Notes: a model not told the origin generated them from the letters alone. 64,000 nucleotides of DNA, filler included, from Lama guanicoe (GCA_013239625.1; 80 parts of 80 records of this genome joined end to end with filler, not necessarily neighbours in it); one strand, 5' to 3'. Shown: positions 49,068-63,065, counted from the first letter of the whole stretch. Program-made: numbers and translations.

Positions 49068-49803
49068 TTTCTTATTGAGTCGTATGAGCTGCTTATATAT
49101 TCCAGAGATGAAGCCTTTATCAGTTTCGTTTGCAAAAATTTTCTCCCATTCCGTAGGTTGTCTTCTTGTTTTACTTCTGGTTTCCTTTGCTGTGCGGAAG
49201 CTTGTAAGTTTCATTAGGTCCCATTTGTTTATTCTTGCTTTCATTTCTTTAGGAGAAAATTTTTGAAATGTATGTCAGATAATGTTTTGCCTATGTTTTC
49301 TTCTAGGAGATTTATTGTACCTTTTCTTATGTTCAAGTCTTTGATCCATTTTGAGTTTATTTTTGTGTATGGTGTAAGGGAGTGTTCTAGCTTCATTGAT
49401 TTATGTGCTGCTGTCCAGTTTTCCCAACATCATTTGCTGAAGACACTGTCTTTATTCCATCGTATATTCTTGCCTCCTTTGTCGAAGATTAGTTGACCAA
49501 AAGCTTGTGGCTTCATTTCTGGGCTGTATTCTGTTCCATTGGTCTATTTGTCTGTTTTGGTACCAATACCATGCTGTCTTGATGACCGTAGCTCTATAGT
49601 ATTGTCTGAAGTCTGGGAGAGTTATTCCTCCAGCCTCTTTCTTTCTCTTCAGTAATGCTTTGGCAATTCTAGGTCTTTGATGGTTCCATATAAATTTTAT
49701 TATGATTTGTTCTAGTTCTGTGAAATATCCTGGGTAATTGGATAGGAATTGCAAGTAGATTGCCTTGGGCAGTGTGACCATTTTAACAATATTGATTCTT
49801 CCG
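49068..49803 (-). mobile_element. Young LINE-1 ORF2 C-terminal fragment (frameshifted)
   Basis: ORFs 49452-49781(-) [13 protein letters not shown]...[23 protein letters not shown] and 49020-49244(-) [12 protein letters not shown]. Confidence 0.96.
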
Positions 49804-49903
49804 NNNNNNNNNNNNNNNNNNNNNNNNNNNNNNNNNNNNNNNNNNNNTTAATTAATTAANNNNNNNNNNNNNNNNNNNNNNNNNNNNNNNNNNNNNNNNN
49901 NNN

Positions 49904-50160
49904 TTTATAGATACTGACAGGAATATGTAGAATAGATAAACAAGATTATACTGTGTAGCATAGGGAATAATATACAAGATCTTGTGGTAGCTCACAGCAA
50001 AAATAAAAGAAATGTCACAATGAATATATATGTTCATGTGAAACTAAAAAAATGTGCTCTACACTGGAATTTGACACAACATTGTAAAATGACTATAACT
50101 CAATAAAAATGTTTTAAAAAACACAAAACAAAACAAAACAAAACAAAATAAAAAAGGAAG
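49904..50160 (+). mobile_element. Young LINE-1 3' UTR with AATAAA and (CAAAA)n/A tail
   Basis: aatagataaacaagattatactg...gactataactcaataaaaa followed by an A-rich tail. Confidence 0.85.
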
Positions 50161-50489
50161 AAACAAGGACATGTACTGCTATTCTAGTAATTTTATGTCA
50201 AAAAGCTTATGTGCCCACCTTAAATACGGCTGTTACCAAATCATCCTGCTGCTGAGGTGAAAAGTGCTGGTCCCAGGTAACCTGCCAGCTTAGAAAACTT
50301 TGTTGGGAGAGAAAATCAGATTTGGCAAAGCCTAAGATTCTTCTAATCATAAACTCTTAGAGCATGACTGGGGTGTTTTGTATTTTTTTNNNNNNNNNNN
50401 NNNNNNNNNNNNNNNNNNNNNNNNNNNNNNNNNTTAATTAATTAANNNNNNNNNNNNNNNNNNNNNNNNNNNNNNNNNNNNNNNNNNNN

Positions 50490-51523
50490 AAATTAGGCAA
50501 CAGAGAAGTTAAATAATACAATAGAAATATTACCCTTGATGGATAATTTCAGAGCATTGCAACACACAAAATAGGATATAAATAATTTTGAAGTGCAGTG
50601 GAATATTTTCCAGGATTAATGATGTACTTGGGCACAAAAGAATCCTCAGCAATTTTAAGAAGATAGAAATTACCACAAGCATCTTTACTGAACATAATGC
50701 CATGAAGCTGGAAATCAACAACAGAGAAAGAAAGGAGAACACAAGGAAAACATGGAGATTAAACAATATTTTATTAGAAAAACAATGGTTCAATTAAGAA
50801 ATCAAAGCTGAAATAAAAATGTACCATGAGACAAAAGAAAATGAAAGCAAAACCACACAAAATTTATGGGACACATCAAAAGGGCAGTTTATAGCGATAC
50901 AGGCCTTCATCAAAAGAGAAGAAAAATCACAAATAAACAATGTAACACACCAGCAGAAAGCACTAGAAAAAGAAGAACAAAAAACCCCAAAAGGAAGCAG
51001 AAGGAAGAAAATCATAAATATTGAGGAGGAAACACATNNNNNNNNNNNNNNNNNNNNNNNNNNNNNNNNNNNNNNNNNNNNNNNNNNNNNNNNNNNNNNN
51101 NNNNNNNNNNNNNNNNNNNNNNNNNNNNNNNNNNNNNNNNNNNNNNNNNNNNNNNNNNNNNNNNNNNNNNNNNNNNNNNNNNNNNNNNNNNNNNNNNNNN
51201 NNNNNNNNNNNNNNNNNNNNNNNNNNNNNNNNNNNNNNNNNAAAAGAAATATAACATATGAAAATATTATTAAAAGAATATGGAAATTAACTGGATAACT
51301 AGAGGAGATGTACAAATTTCTGGAAACATACTGCCCACCAAGAATGAATCAAGTAGAAACTGACCACTTGAACAAGCAGATCACTAGAAATTAAATAAAA
51401 ATAGCAATATAAAACCTCCCTAAAAATAGCAGTGCCAGATCGGACGGATTCACCGAGGAATTCTACAAAACATACAGAGGAGAACTCATACCAGTCCTTC
51501 TCAAACTCTTCCAGAAGATTGAA
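50490..51523 (+). mobile_element. LINE-1 ORF2 fragment (end of endonuclease domain to pre-RT, disabled)
   Basis: ORFs GIFSRINDVLGHK...EHNAMKLEINN and TTQNLWDT..GQFIAIQAFIK. Confidence 0.93.
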
Positions 51524-54168
51524 NNNNNNNNNNNNNNNNNNNNNNNNNNNNNNNNNNNNNNNNNNNNTTAATTAATTAANNNNNNNNNNNNNNNNNNNNN
51601 NNNNNNNNNNNNNNNNNNNNNNNATGGAAGAACCCTAAATGTATATTTTTAAGTGAACAAAACAATTCTGAAGAGGCTACATGCCGTATGATTCCAACTA
51701 TATTACATTCTGGAGAAAGCAAAACTATAAAGACAGTAAAAAGATCACTGGTTGCAAAGGGTTAGAGGGAGGAAGTAAAAAAATTTAAACATTTTTAAGA
51801 AGAGAAAGGCTAACTGATAAGTAAAAGTCAAAAAGCTCAGTCATACATAAAGTCTGAGAGAATTTTTTATGTGCTGTTTGTCATCAATTCATCGAAAACA
51901 GCTTCCACTTTTTGCTGGGTTTAGAAAGTGATCATTGCTTGTTAGAAAGAGTAGTGAGAACATAGGTGTCCTTAAATTATAAATGATCTCACTCAGTCCT
52001 CCTATTTCAGCGCCCTCCGTCAGTGCCCGTGACACACGCACGTGCACCCATGAGGGCAACGGCACGTTTCTCAATTACTCACAAATAATTGGTGCTTGTT
52101 TCCTTCAAACCTTTCACAAGTGTCAGCACACACTGCGACGCTTCTCACACTAGGCTTAGGTTCCATCTTCATCCAGTCTGTAAGGCATGTTGTCATTCTT
52201 CCTCAAGCTTCGCACCCACTGACATTTGGTTCACATCCCTGTCTGCCGTTATCTCCTTTTCTGTTCTCTTTGTGTTTGCAGGTTATGAACTTTCCGATTT
52301 CTTTACTACATTTTTAATAGAGTTTCAGAGGGATAAAGAGATAAATGTGAATAAAAATCCCTGTCCTCTCTTTCCATTGTTTGGTTAAACATAAGATTCT
52401 TTTCCTCCTCTTTTCTTCTTTCTACTTCTCTCTCTATTAGAAACCAAGGTTTTTGGAGGCTATACTCACCCAGCACCACCCCTCCCGGACNNNNNNNNNN
52501 NNNNNNNNNNNNNNNNNNNNNNNNNNNNNNNNNNTTAATTAATTAANNNNNNNNNNNNNNNNNNNNNNNNNNNNNNNNNNNNNNNNNNNNACACCCGTTC
52601 CTATATATACCAAATCACCTCCCACCAATTAACACACAGAGGCGGGGTCCATACGCAGGAAACTCAGTACACTTTTCAGCTTTAAGGTGTTCCAGAGGCC
52701 GCTTCTAGCTGTTTAATAAAATCCTGGCTCACTGGTTTCTAACACTGGAAGAAAAGTCCGATTTTGCCATTGTTTGCACAGCAAGTTTGAAATGTTCACA
52801 GTCAGATGACAGAATAAAATTAAGATCAAAGTATAATAATTTTTCCAGGTAGACAGACACAAAGGACATTGTGCTATCCTGAAGCATTAAGCAAAGAAAT
52901 CAAAATAAAATAACGTTGTTTAAGCCTTCTTTTACAAACAGGAAAATTAAGACAGTAAGAAGATCCAACAGCGCCACCTATGGCTAAAAAGCATGTCCAG
53001 GTTGCCGGGAAAGATGCAACACAACACANNNNNNNNNNNNNNNNNNNNNNNNNNNNNNNNNNNNNNNNNNNNNNNNNNNNNNNNNNNNNNNNNNNNNNNN
53101 NNNNNNNNNNNNNNNNNNNNNNNNNNNNNNNNNNGTAGGGCAGTCAAGCAATAGAAATAAAAGCAAGAATAAGTAAATGGGACCTAATTAATTTTACAGG
53201 CTTTGCACAGCAAAGGAAACCTAAGTAAAACAAAATGACAACCTACAGACTCGGATCGGAANNNNNNNNNNNNNNNNNNNNNNNNNNNNNNNNNNNNNNN
53301 NNNNNTTAATTAATTAANNNNNNNNNNNNNNNNNNNNNNNNNNNNNNNNNNNNNNNNNNNNCCCAACCAAAGGACATAGAAATGAGACACCTGGAGATAA
53401 AGAGATGGAATAGAGGTATTAAAAAAACAAGAATATAAAAGAAGTAGTGGCCTTATGGAAACCTGCTCATTTTCTCTGAAATAATTACTTGGTTAAAGGA
53501 ACTCACACGTGAGTATCTGGAAATGCATCAAGAGGAAATCTAGCAGGGTAAAGGAGCAGAAGCAGGCCTCAGTTTTCTCCGAGGCTGCTCCTAAATGAAA
53601 AAAATTTCCTCGGCTTCCAGAATAGACAACGTGCATGGTTCCCTTAGCAGAAGAGTGAGGAGGAGAGAAACCCGAATGTTTGTGCCAACCATCCTTCGCC
53701 AACCCTGTTGGAACACAGAATTTTGGTGTTAGGGGCACTGCCCAACCTATAAATATAAGAGAAGGAACAAGCTCTAACAAGGTTTTTGAGCGAAAAATGC
53801 TTTTAGCTTTAAACAAAATGCTTTTTAAACCTACTCTAGGAAACATGCTGAGAAATCATGGTAAGTGCTTGAGTTGTAGCCTTGCTGTTTAGGTTAGATA
53901 AAGGAATGCTTCCCCACATGTACCATTTTGGGAACGGAACCTGTGTGGAAGCCTCCTTCATCTACGTTTTTGGAAATGCACAGTTTCTGGCCACGGGGAA
54001 TTAGGCTAGTTACGTATCCTAGGGGAGGTAAAAACTCCAGGGCGCTTTTCCATTGCAAACCGCTTTTANNNNNNNNNNNNNNNNNNNNNNNNNNNNNNNN
54101 NNNNNNNNNNNNTTAATTAATTAANNNNNNNNNNNNNNNNNNNNNNNNNNNNNNNNNNNNNNNNNNNN

Positions 54169-55088
54169 CCCAGGGAGGGGTGCGGAGGTGAGGTTCCGGC
54201 CGCGCGTCCGGTTAGGAAAATGAGGCGGGTGGCAGCCTGTGCTGTAGTTCATGGTAATCCCGCTATTAGTAGTTCCTGAACCCCCCGTTTTTGCCGCCGC
54301 TTATACCCGGGTTTAGGAGAGCAGGTACAGCCCCGGGAGGTGGGAGGGCGCCAGACGGCTCCGGAGCATCTCCGACTTGCCCTAAGACCATGGTCTGCTC
54401 CTGGGAGGCGGGTGCGGTGCTGTGAGTGGGCCTCGGATGAAATGGGTGCTGCCCCATGAGAGCCCCTGGATTTGCTCCCATCTTCCCCGTGGCCTGACCT
54501 TGGGGGCGGCCTCTAATTCCCCAGGTAGGGACTCAGTTTACAGGACAGTCGGCTCCTGGGAGGTGGGCGCAGTGCGATCAGTGTGCTGAGATGGCTGCAG
54601 CAGCAGCGGGAAATGGTCGCAAACCCTGCGCTTTCACAGGGCAGCCACAATCCCGCCATTGCAGCCGCCGCGGTTCCCTGACAGCACAGCACCCGCCTTC
54701 CAGGAGCAGGCAGAACTGTAACATGAGTTCCACGAACCTTGGGCAGAGACGCCAAGCTCAGGCCATGCGCTGGGGAGTTTGAAGCAAATCCACAGGCACA
54801 AATGGGCAGACTCCATAACCAGCCACTGCCTTCAACCACACAGCGCCCTCCTCCTGGGAGCAGGCTGACCTGGGGACCGTGCCTGGAGCAGCAGAGGCCG
54901 AGCTCTGGACAGGCCGTGGGGGAGATGAGGGCAAATCGACCAGCTTGCGAAGTCGCTGCCCATCTTCCTGCCGCTGCCCCAGGTTCGTGGATCAGTTGTT
55001 TTCAAGTCAGTGGGTTCCTGAGAGGCAGGCGCAGTGCAATCAGGAGGCGGGGGCTGCGGGGAGGGGTGCTGCCCCAGGGTGAGCAGGT
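54169..55088. promoter_or_regulatory. GC/CpG-rich scaffold, possible CpG-island promoter or first exon
   Basis: High GC and CpG density relative to neighbours; no recognisable repeat or protein. Confidence 0.35.
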
Positions 55089-55815
55089 NNNNNNNNNNNN
55101 NNNNNNNNNNNNNNNNNNNNNNNNNNNNNNNNTTAATTAATTAANNNNNNNNNNNNNNNNNNNNNNNNNNNNNNNNNNNNNNNNNNNNCCCGGAATGCCA
55201 TGTTGATGGAATTCATGTAAATTATATATGTATTAGGATGAATACACTCCAGAAGTTTTCTTCTGTGAAAAATGAACGAATTCGGAACTTGTGTTTGGGA
55301 AAGCTTCTGAAAATGTGTACATGAGTCTATATGAAATTATTCCTTTTATAGAGGATGAAAAATCAGTAATCCACATGCTCACAACTCAGGAATGCATGTT
55401 TGTCGAATCCNNNNNNNNNNNNNNNNNNNNNNNNNNNNNNNNNNNNNNNNNNNNNNNNNNNNNNNNNNNNNNNNNNNNNNNNNNNNNNNNNNNNNNNNNN
55501 NNNNNNNNNNNNNNNNNNNNNNNNNNNNNNNNTTCTTGAAACATAGAAGAAGCAACGAAGTCAAAGGAAATAATTCAAAGTGCATAAGTAAATTGTTTGT
55601 TGGTTGAAACATCTGTCATGCGCATGTTCACAGCTCAGAAANNNNNNNNNNNNNNNNNNNNNNNNNNNNNNNNNNNNNNNNNNNNTTAATTAATTAANNN
55701 NNNNNNNNNNNNNNNNNNNNNNNNNNNNNNNNNNNNNNNNNTATCTAAACAATAATAATTAATGGCCACTGACAACACCAACACAGAGATAACTGCCAAT
55801 GTAGGTTACCTTGCA

Positions 55816-55905
55816 AAGAAAGAAAGGAAAAGGAAGGAAGGAAGGAAGGAAGGAAGGAAGGAAGGAAGGAAGGAAGGAAGGAAGGAAGAAAGAAAGAAAG
55901 AATGA

Positions 55906-55948
<43 letters not shown>

Positions 55949-56013
55949 GTAGGAAGGAAGGGAGAGAGAAAGGAAGGGAGGAAGAAAGGAAGGGAGGAAG
56001 AAAGGAAGAAAAA
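55816..56013 (+). repeat. Compound (GGAA)n/(GAAA)n microsatellite
   Basis: Directly visible purine tetranucleotide runs. Confidence 0.95.
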
Positions 56014-57159
56014 GACAATTTAATCAATTCCTTATCTCTAGCAATTAACGTATGGGAATTGCAGGGGTCACAGGAAGATGATACCACGATTATGCATCCA
56101 GTAAAATCTAGACTATGGGAAACTTCACCACAAACTATCCAGTTTCTACAACAACAAGAAAATTGCAAAATTACAAATAAAGAAAGAAATCTGAACAAAT
56201 TGACCAACTAATATTTAAGAGTCTTATCAGGCAACAGCAAAGAATAGGCCTTATTTTGATCCTAGGTCAGGTAAACACGTTTTCTAAGAACTGATAGGTC
56301 AATTACAAAAATATGAACTCTGAGTAGATACTGGATAGTAATATTTAGGAAGTGTGAATTTTCCACTGGGATAATGTGATTTTCTATTATATACAAAAAT
56401 AGTGACTCTCAAATACATTGTAAAATACGTACAGACTGAACAGTATGAAATATGTGAGGAAATGGGTGGAGGCACTGTTAAATAAGATATGTTATATGTG
56501 TTAATTGTTGAAACTTGGNNNNNNNNNNNNNNNNNNNNNNNNNNNNNNNNNNNNNNNNNNNNTTAATTAATTAANNNNNNNNNNNNNNNNNNNNNNNNNN
56601 NNNNNNNNNNNNNNNNNNTTTCCCACTCACACATTTTTTCCAGGTGGGGGCAGAGAAGGGAGGACATTGGGATGTGTCCCCTGTAGCCCTGGGCTTAGGG
56701 CAGGGGCTTCGGACCCTCCGACCCACCTCTGCGGAGCAGCACTGCTGTGACGGGTTTTACAAGCTGGGGTTCCACAGAAGGCTTAGTTTGGCAAAAGGGC
56801 TCTGCTACTCAGAATGTTGGAACACCATGAAGGGAGTCCTACCCCGAGATTCACGCGTGAGGCTCAGAGAGGGACATCATCTGCCCCGGGCCAGACAGGC
56901 TGCACGGGTCCCCTGGCCCCTGGGCTCCCCCCAAACAAAGGCTCCCTGAAGCTGGGCTCTTAGCTTCTGCAAACCTATGGGGTGGCCTGGTACGGAGCAG
57001 CCTGGCACCTGTCCCATCAGCCCGCACTTGGCCTGGGACCCAGACGGAAGTCCCTGCCGNNNNNNNNNNNNNNNNNNNNNNNNNNNNNNNNNNNNNNNNN
57101 NNNTTAATTAATTAANNNNNNNNNNNNNNNNNNNNNNNNNNNNNNNNNNNNNNNNNNNN

Positions 57160-58151
57160 AAAAATACAAAGCAGAAATTATACTTTTCAAACTATTGAAA
57201 AATAGTGATGTGGGAAACTCACAAATTAATTCTATGAAGCTTTCATCACCCTAATAGCAATGACAACAAACAAAATACAGGCAAAGAGAATTTCAAGCCA
57301 ATATCTTTGATTGATATAGATGCAAAAATTTTAAAAATATCATTAGCAAACTAAATCCAGCAAAACGTAAAATGAATTATACACCATGTAAATTTAATTC
57401 ATTGCAGGGTCATAAGTGAGGTTGAAATTACATGAAATCAATCAGATTGATACACCACATTAATCAAACCAAAAGGGAAAATGATGTGGTCATCCCAATA
57501 AATCCATAAAAACCATTTCACAAACTTCAAATTTTATTCATTAAATAGCAGCAACAACAGCAACAACAACAAGAACAACAGAAACAACAACAAGAGAAAA
57601 CTCTTACCAAAGTAGGATTCAGGAAATATATCTCAACATAACTAAAGTCATTAATTACAGACCCACAAAAAGTCATTAATTACAGACCCACAGACAACAT
57701 AATATGCAAAAGTGAATAACTGAAAGCCAAATTAAGGAATAAGAAAAGGATGTCCACTCTCACCATTTCTATTAAACACAGTATGGGAATTCATAGCAAC
57801 AGCAATCAGACAAGAAAATAAGTTACTCAAGTTGGATTGAATGAAGTAAAACTGTTATTATTTTAGATGACATGATAATCTATATAGAGAACCCTAAAGA
57901 TTCTCCACACCAAAACAACTAAATCTAATATAGACATTTAGCAAAGTAGCATGATTCATGATTAATATACAAAAACTGTCACATTTCTTTACACTAACAA
58001 TGAAATATTCCATAATTTTAAAAAATCAATATTATATCAGATCAAAAATGAAAAACCTAAGAAAAAACCAAGATAGTAAAATCTATAGGACACTGATAAA
58101 TATATTTGAAGATGATGCAAAGAAATGGAAAATAATCTCAAGGTCTTAGTA
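57160..58151 (+). mobile_element. Decayed LINE-1 ORF2 RT-domain fragment
   Basis: ccaatatctttgattgatatagatgcaaaa, ggatgtccactctcacca (GCPLSP) and gatgacatgata (the DD of the RT motif). Confidence 0.9.
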
Positions 58152-58251
58152 NNNNNNNNNNNNNNNNNNNNNNNNNNNNNNNNNNNNNNNNNNNNTTAAT
58201 TAATTAANNNNNNNNNNNNNNNNNNNNNNNNNNNNNNNNNNNNNNNNNNNN

Positions 58252-58773
58252 CGCTCAGGATTCCGGAACCATAGTCATTGTGTGGGGGAGCTAGAGAGAC
58301 CTCTCCACGCAGCTCTCTTCAGTCACAGGTGTCCCCTGCTCGGGGAAGTCCGAGAAATACCTTCCCTGACCTTGGGGAGGCAGCCTCTGTCACTGGGATT
58401 TCCTGCAACCACCCCTAGCATTCCCTGGCATAGAGAAATGAGGAAAACCCTCAGGGGGACGAGCAGTGGCAGTCCGTTAGAACCCACGCGCTGCCGACCG
58501 TTGGTGGAACCTCCCCACGCTCAGGANNNNNNNNNNNNNNNNNNNNNNNNNNNNNNNNNNNNNNNNNNNNNNNNNNNNNNNNNNNNNNNNNNNNNNNNNN
58601 NNNNNNNNNNNNNNNNNNNNNNNNNNNNNNNNNNNNNNNNNNNNNNNNNNNNNNNNNNNNNNNNNNNNNNTTTCCTGCAACCAAGCATTCCCTGGCACAG
58701 AGATATGAGGAAAATTCTCAGGGTAGAAGAGCACAGGCATTCCGTTAGAACCCACGCGCTGCCGACCTTTGGT
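58252..58773 (+). repeat. GC-rich ~267-bp satellite, A-type (gapped)
   Basis: Same core sequence as 30343-31919. Confidence 0.92.
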
Positions 58774-60122
58774 NNNNNNNNNNNNNNNNNNNNNNNNNNN
58801 NNNNNNNNNNNNNNNNNTTAATTAATTAANNNNNNNNNNNNNNNNNNNNNNNNNNNNNNNNNNNNNNNNNNNNCCAACTTCATAAAGGAATTATCTTAAT
58901 CATATTGAAAAAAAATGAGAGGTCTTGAAATATGAGCTCAAATGGAAACTCCAACACAGGGAAGTATAGCATAAATTTCTAGGCACTCAGGCTTGGGATA
59001 TTGCAGGCATGATTCCATAGCTCAACCCCTGAAAGGAATAATAATTACTATTTGGCTATTTGTCAAGGTGAGGGTTCCACTGGAGGGAACGTCTTATTCA
59101 ATTTGGGAGCTGAAATTACAATATTAAATAACAGCACAAAGCTGAAAGGGGAAAGAAGGCGAGCGCGTAGCTGAATTGTAAGTGGGGAGTAAGGAGATAA
59201 AAAGTAGGAGAAGGGCTTGGAGGAGAGGGTGGGTGGCTTCCTGATGCTACTTCGGGGCTTAATCTGATTGCATTCAAATGCTCACGAGTTTTGTTAATCC
59301 ATTTACGTGTCTGTTAATGACAAAGGTGTCAACTTTGCAATTAGCAGGTGTGGTAAATCGATTAATCAGCCAACGGATATTTATTAAGAACCTAATGTAT
59401 TCAAAGTCANNNNNNNNNNNNNNNNNNNNNNNNNNNNNNNNNNNNNNNNNNNNTTAATTAATTAANNNNNNNNNNNNNNNNNNNNNNNNNNNNNNNNNNN
59501 NNNNNNNNNACATGTTTAAACCTCTTGTTTCTCATTAAGCAATGTGTCCTGTTTTATTGTCTCGATAGGATTATGACCAATAAATTAAGCACTGACTATA
59601 TACTTAAGTGCATCAATATAATAATAAGAATTTCAAACCATTACTTAAACATAGCTGCAAAGATCTCTTTTGCTCGTGTTAAGCAAAAGGATCACAGGCA
59701 CTGTTGATTCAAAAGACCACCGAAGAATAAGAGATACTTGAGACCATCTGTAGTTTTTCCAAGACAGTCACAGTAGCTGCAAATAGATGAAGATTTAGAA
59801 ACAAGTGATGCTGAGCACCATACGTAACATGGCATATAGTGCTACACCGATAGATTGTGTGGCCATAGTACTGTCATCAACAGAGTATCTCTGAAAATGG
59901 GATGTTTCTCCCAGTAGGTTTTCTGGATAAAATGAAATATTTTACTTGTGTTGGAGATGAGAGAAACACAAAGCACTATTCTGAGAGATGCAGTCAACCT
60001 AAAAGGGTGCTGTTACTCTAGGNNNNNNNNNNNNNNNNNNNNNNNNNNNNNNNNNNNNNNNNNNNNTTAATTAATTAANNNNNNNNNNNNNNNNNNNNNN
60101 NNNNNNNNNNNNNNNNNNNNNN

Positions 60123-60442
60123 CAAACAAACAAAAACAAAGCATAAATACAGGACAGAAATAAACTCACAGTCAGAGAATACAGACTTGTGGTTACCAGT
60201 TGGGTGGAGGGTGGCAAGGGATAGACTGGGATTTCAAAATTGTAGAATAGATAAACAAGATTACACTCTATAGCACAGGGAAATATACACAAAATGTTAT
60301 AATAACTCACAGAGAAAAAAAAATGTGACAATGAGTGTGTATATGTCCATGAATGACTGAAAAATTGTGCTGAACACTAGAATTTGACACAACATTGTAA
60401 AATGATTATAAATCAATAAAAAATGTTAAAAAAAAAGAAAAA
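60123..60442 (+). mobile_element. Young LINE-1 3' UTR with poly(A)
   Basis: Homolog of 49904-50160; ends aatcaataaaaaatgttaaaaaaaaagaaaa. Confidence 0.85.
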
Positions 60443-60711
60443 TGACCATTCGTGGAAAAAATATGAAAGTCAAATAAAGTCTCTAAATTACTTAAGAATA
60501 TTGTACAAGTCTAAGTTCTTAATTTTTACTTGGTTATGAGGATATTAACATAATATAACTGATTAAATGGTATATGCATACATGCTATAAATTTTTGCAA
60601 ATTTTGAAAATNNNNNNNNNNNNNNNNNNNNNNNNNNNNNNNNNNNNNNNNNNNNTTAATTAATTAANNNNNNNNNNNNNNNNNNNNNNNNNNNNNNNNN
60701 NNNNNNNNNNN

Positions 60712-61282
60712 ATTTGTTTATTCTTGCTTTTATTTGTTTTGTTTGAGTAGAGTTCCATAGAAGAACAGTTCTGAGATGTATGTCGGATAAAGTTTTGCCT
60801 ATATTTTCATCTAGGTGTTTTATTGTGTCTTTTCTTATGTTTAAGTCTTTGATCCATTTTGAGTTTGTTTCTGTGTATAGTGTGAGGGACTGTTTTAGGT
60901 TCATTGATTTACAGGCTGATGTCCAGTATTCCCAACACCATTTGCTGAAGAGACTGTCTTTATTCAATTGTCTATTCTTGCCTCCTTTGTCGAAGATTAG
61001 TTGACCAAAACTTTGTGGGATCATTTCTGAGCTCTTTATTCTTTTCCATTGGTCCATATGTGTGATTTTGTACCAATACCATGCTGTTTTGATGCCTGTA
61101 ACTCTATAGGATTGTCTGAAGTCTGGGAGGGTTATTCCTCCATCCTCTTACTTTTTCTTAAGTAATGCTTTGGAAATTCTAGGTCTTCTATGTTTTCATA
61201 TAAATTTGATTATGATTTGTTCTACTTCTATGAACTATGTCCTAGGTAATTTGATAGGGATTGCATTAAATCTGTAGATTGC
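60712..61282 (-). mobile_element. 5'-truncated LINE-1 ORF2 fragment
   Basis: ORF 60656-61057(-) DQWKRI...LIFDKGGKN...SLFSKWCWEYW; L1 similarity stops at AIYRFNAIPIKLP (~61282). Confidence 0.93.
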
Positions 61283-62913
61283 AAGCACTCTATAGGTCTG
61301 GGAGTGGTGCTCAGCACCCCATGGCAAGGGCATAGAGCAGGGGCCAGCCAGCTTCCACAGTGTTACAAGGCTGTCAGGGTCTGAGGGCCACAGGAGGATG
61401 GGGAGTGAGTCCAGGCACTGCACAAGCGGGAGGCCTCCAGAAGTGGAGTCTGTGCTGGGGCTCTGGTTTCTGGGAAGGGGTGGGGTTGAGGGCGTGGTGG
61501 TGGGTGGCACTGCAGAAAGATGATCGCCAGCTGAGGCTCCTGGGTGGCTTGGGCACTGCGTTCTGGGCCTGTGCCTTGGACAGGCACCACAGGCTAGTCT
61601 CACGAAGCCTATACTGCCTCCCTCTGGCCCATGCCAGATACTGCAGGAAAACTCTTCCTCCCTCCGTGTTCCCCCAGGACTTTCTCAGCTTAACATGGTN
61701 NNNNNNNNNNNNNNNNNNNNNNNNNNNNNNNNNNNNNNNNNNNTTAATTAATTAANNNNNNNNNNNNNNNNNNNNNNNNNNNNNNNNNNNNNNNNNNNNG
61801 ATCAGGAGCAGGATGGAAACCTGTTTTCTTGATCAACTTGATTCTTTTCGGGGGGGAGACAGGGCCAGTTTGAAGTTCAGTGCATCAGGGTCCAGACATC
61901 CCTGATCTCCAAGACCAAAGTCCATCCTTAACTCAGCTCCAAAACTCGGAGAGAAGGAACATAGGAGGTAGTGTAGAAGATAGCATGTGTGTGGTGGAGG
62001 TGGGGGTGGTAGAGTGAAGGAGAGAGGGGTCTTGGGTAGTCCTTACACCTTCTCTCCATTTGAGGCCCTTGGACAGGGCAGGAGGCAGTGTCGCAGGGCA
62101 TGCAGAAGCTGTAGGGAAAAACATTCATTCATTAAGTCCACAGATGTTTGTGCACACACGCTATGTGGCAGGCACTGCTTAGCTTGGGTTCATGGCGCAC
62201 ATCAGAAATGAAGCCCATACTGACTACACCCACTTCCTGAGTTCTGAACCCTCCCCTATACCCACATTCATCTGTGTTACGAGTCACTCCATCCAAGTCC
62301 CCCAGAGAGGCTCCATGTGTTGATTTTTGGAAGACTTTAATCATTCCAAAGATATAACTGAATATACAACAGTTTATGAGGGAGAGGGTTTTTGGAGTTT
62401 GGGTCTCAAAACTTTGATTTTTATCCCACCTTCACACCTTGGACCCAACCTCCAGGGTCCCAGAAAACTTAATTGGAAAACTTCAAATTTCAGGGCTCTA
62501 AATAATGCATGAGAGTTGAAACTCTCTGAGAATTCCAAGACACATTTGGAGAAAATAAGATTGTTCACAACCTTCCCTTGAGGCTGGATCATCGATGTGA
62601 CTTTGTGCGCTCACTCTGGACTCCTCTTGCCAGCCCAGGAAAGNNNNNNNNNNNNNNNNNNNNNNNNNNNNNNNNNNNNNNNNNNNNTTAATTAATTAAN
62701 NNNNNNNNNNNNNNNNNNNNNNNNNNNNNNNNNNNNNNNNNNNTTATAGTAGTGTAGCAATCTCCAATCTTTCCTCATTTTGCTTAGTACATTATATACG
62801 TTTTCTCACAAAATTCTCACAATTATCTTTTAGTATAAGGGTTATACTAAATAAATAAATAAATGTATAAACAGTACTTTAGAGATGTACTATTAATATT
62901 TCTAATTTAGAGT

Positions 62914-63065
62914 TGGGGGTGGTGGATCTAGCTCAGTAGTAGAGTGAGTTGGTTGGTTGGCTTGTGCAAGGTCCTGGGTTCAATCCCCAGTGCCTCTATT
63001 AAGGGGGAAAGTAGTTTTCTTTAAATAAAAAATAAAAAATGTTTTCAAAAAATTAAAATAATAAA
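62914..63065 (+). mobile_element. tRNA-derived SINE (camelid vic-1-like)
   Basis: A box TAGCTCAGTAGTAGAG, B box GGTTCAATCCCC, then an A-rich tail; no tRNA acceptor stem. Confidence 0.8.

Noticed and set aside
55806..56207. Lys/Glu/Arg-rich and Phe/Ser/Leu-rich ORFs
   Set aside because: Translations of the (GGAA)n/(GAAA)n microsatellite.
62914..63000. tRNA gene
   Set aside because: A and B boxes are present, but there is no acceptor stem, the anticodon arm is disrupted and an A-rich tail follows, so it is a SINE.
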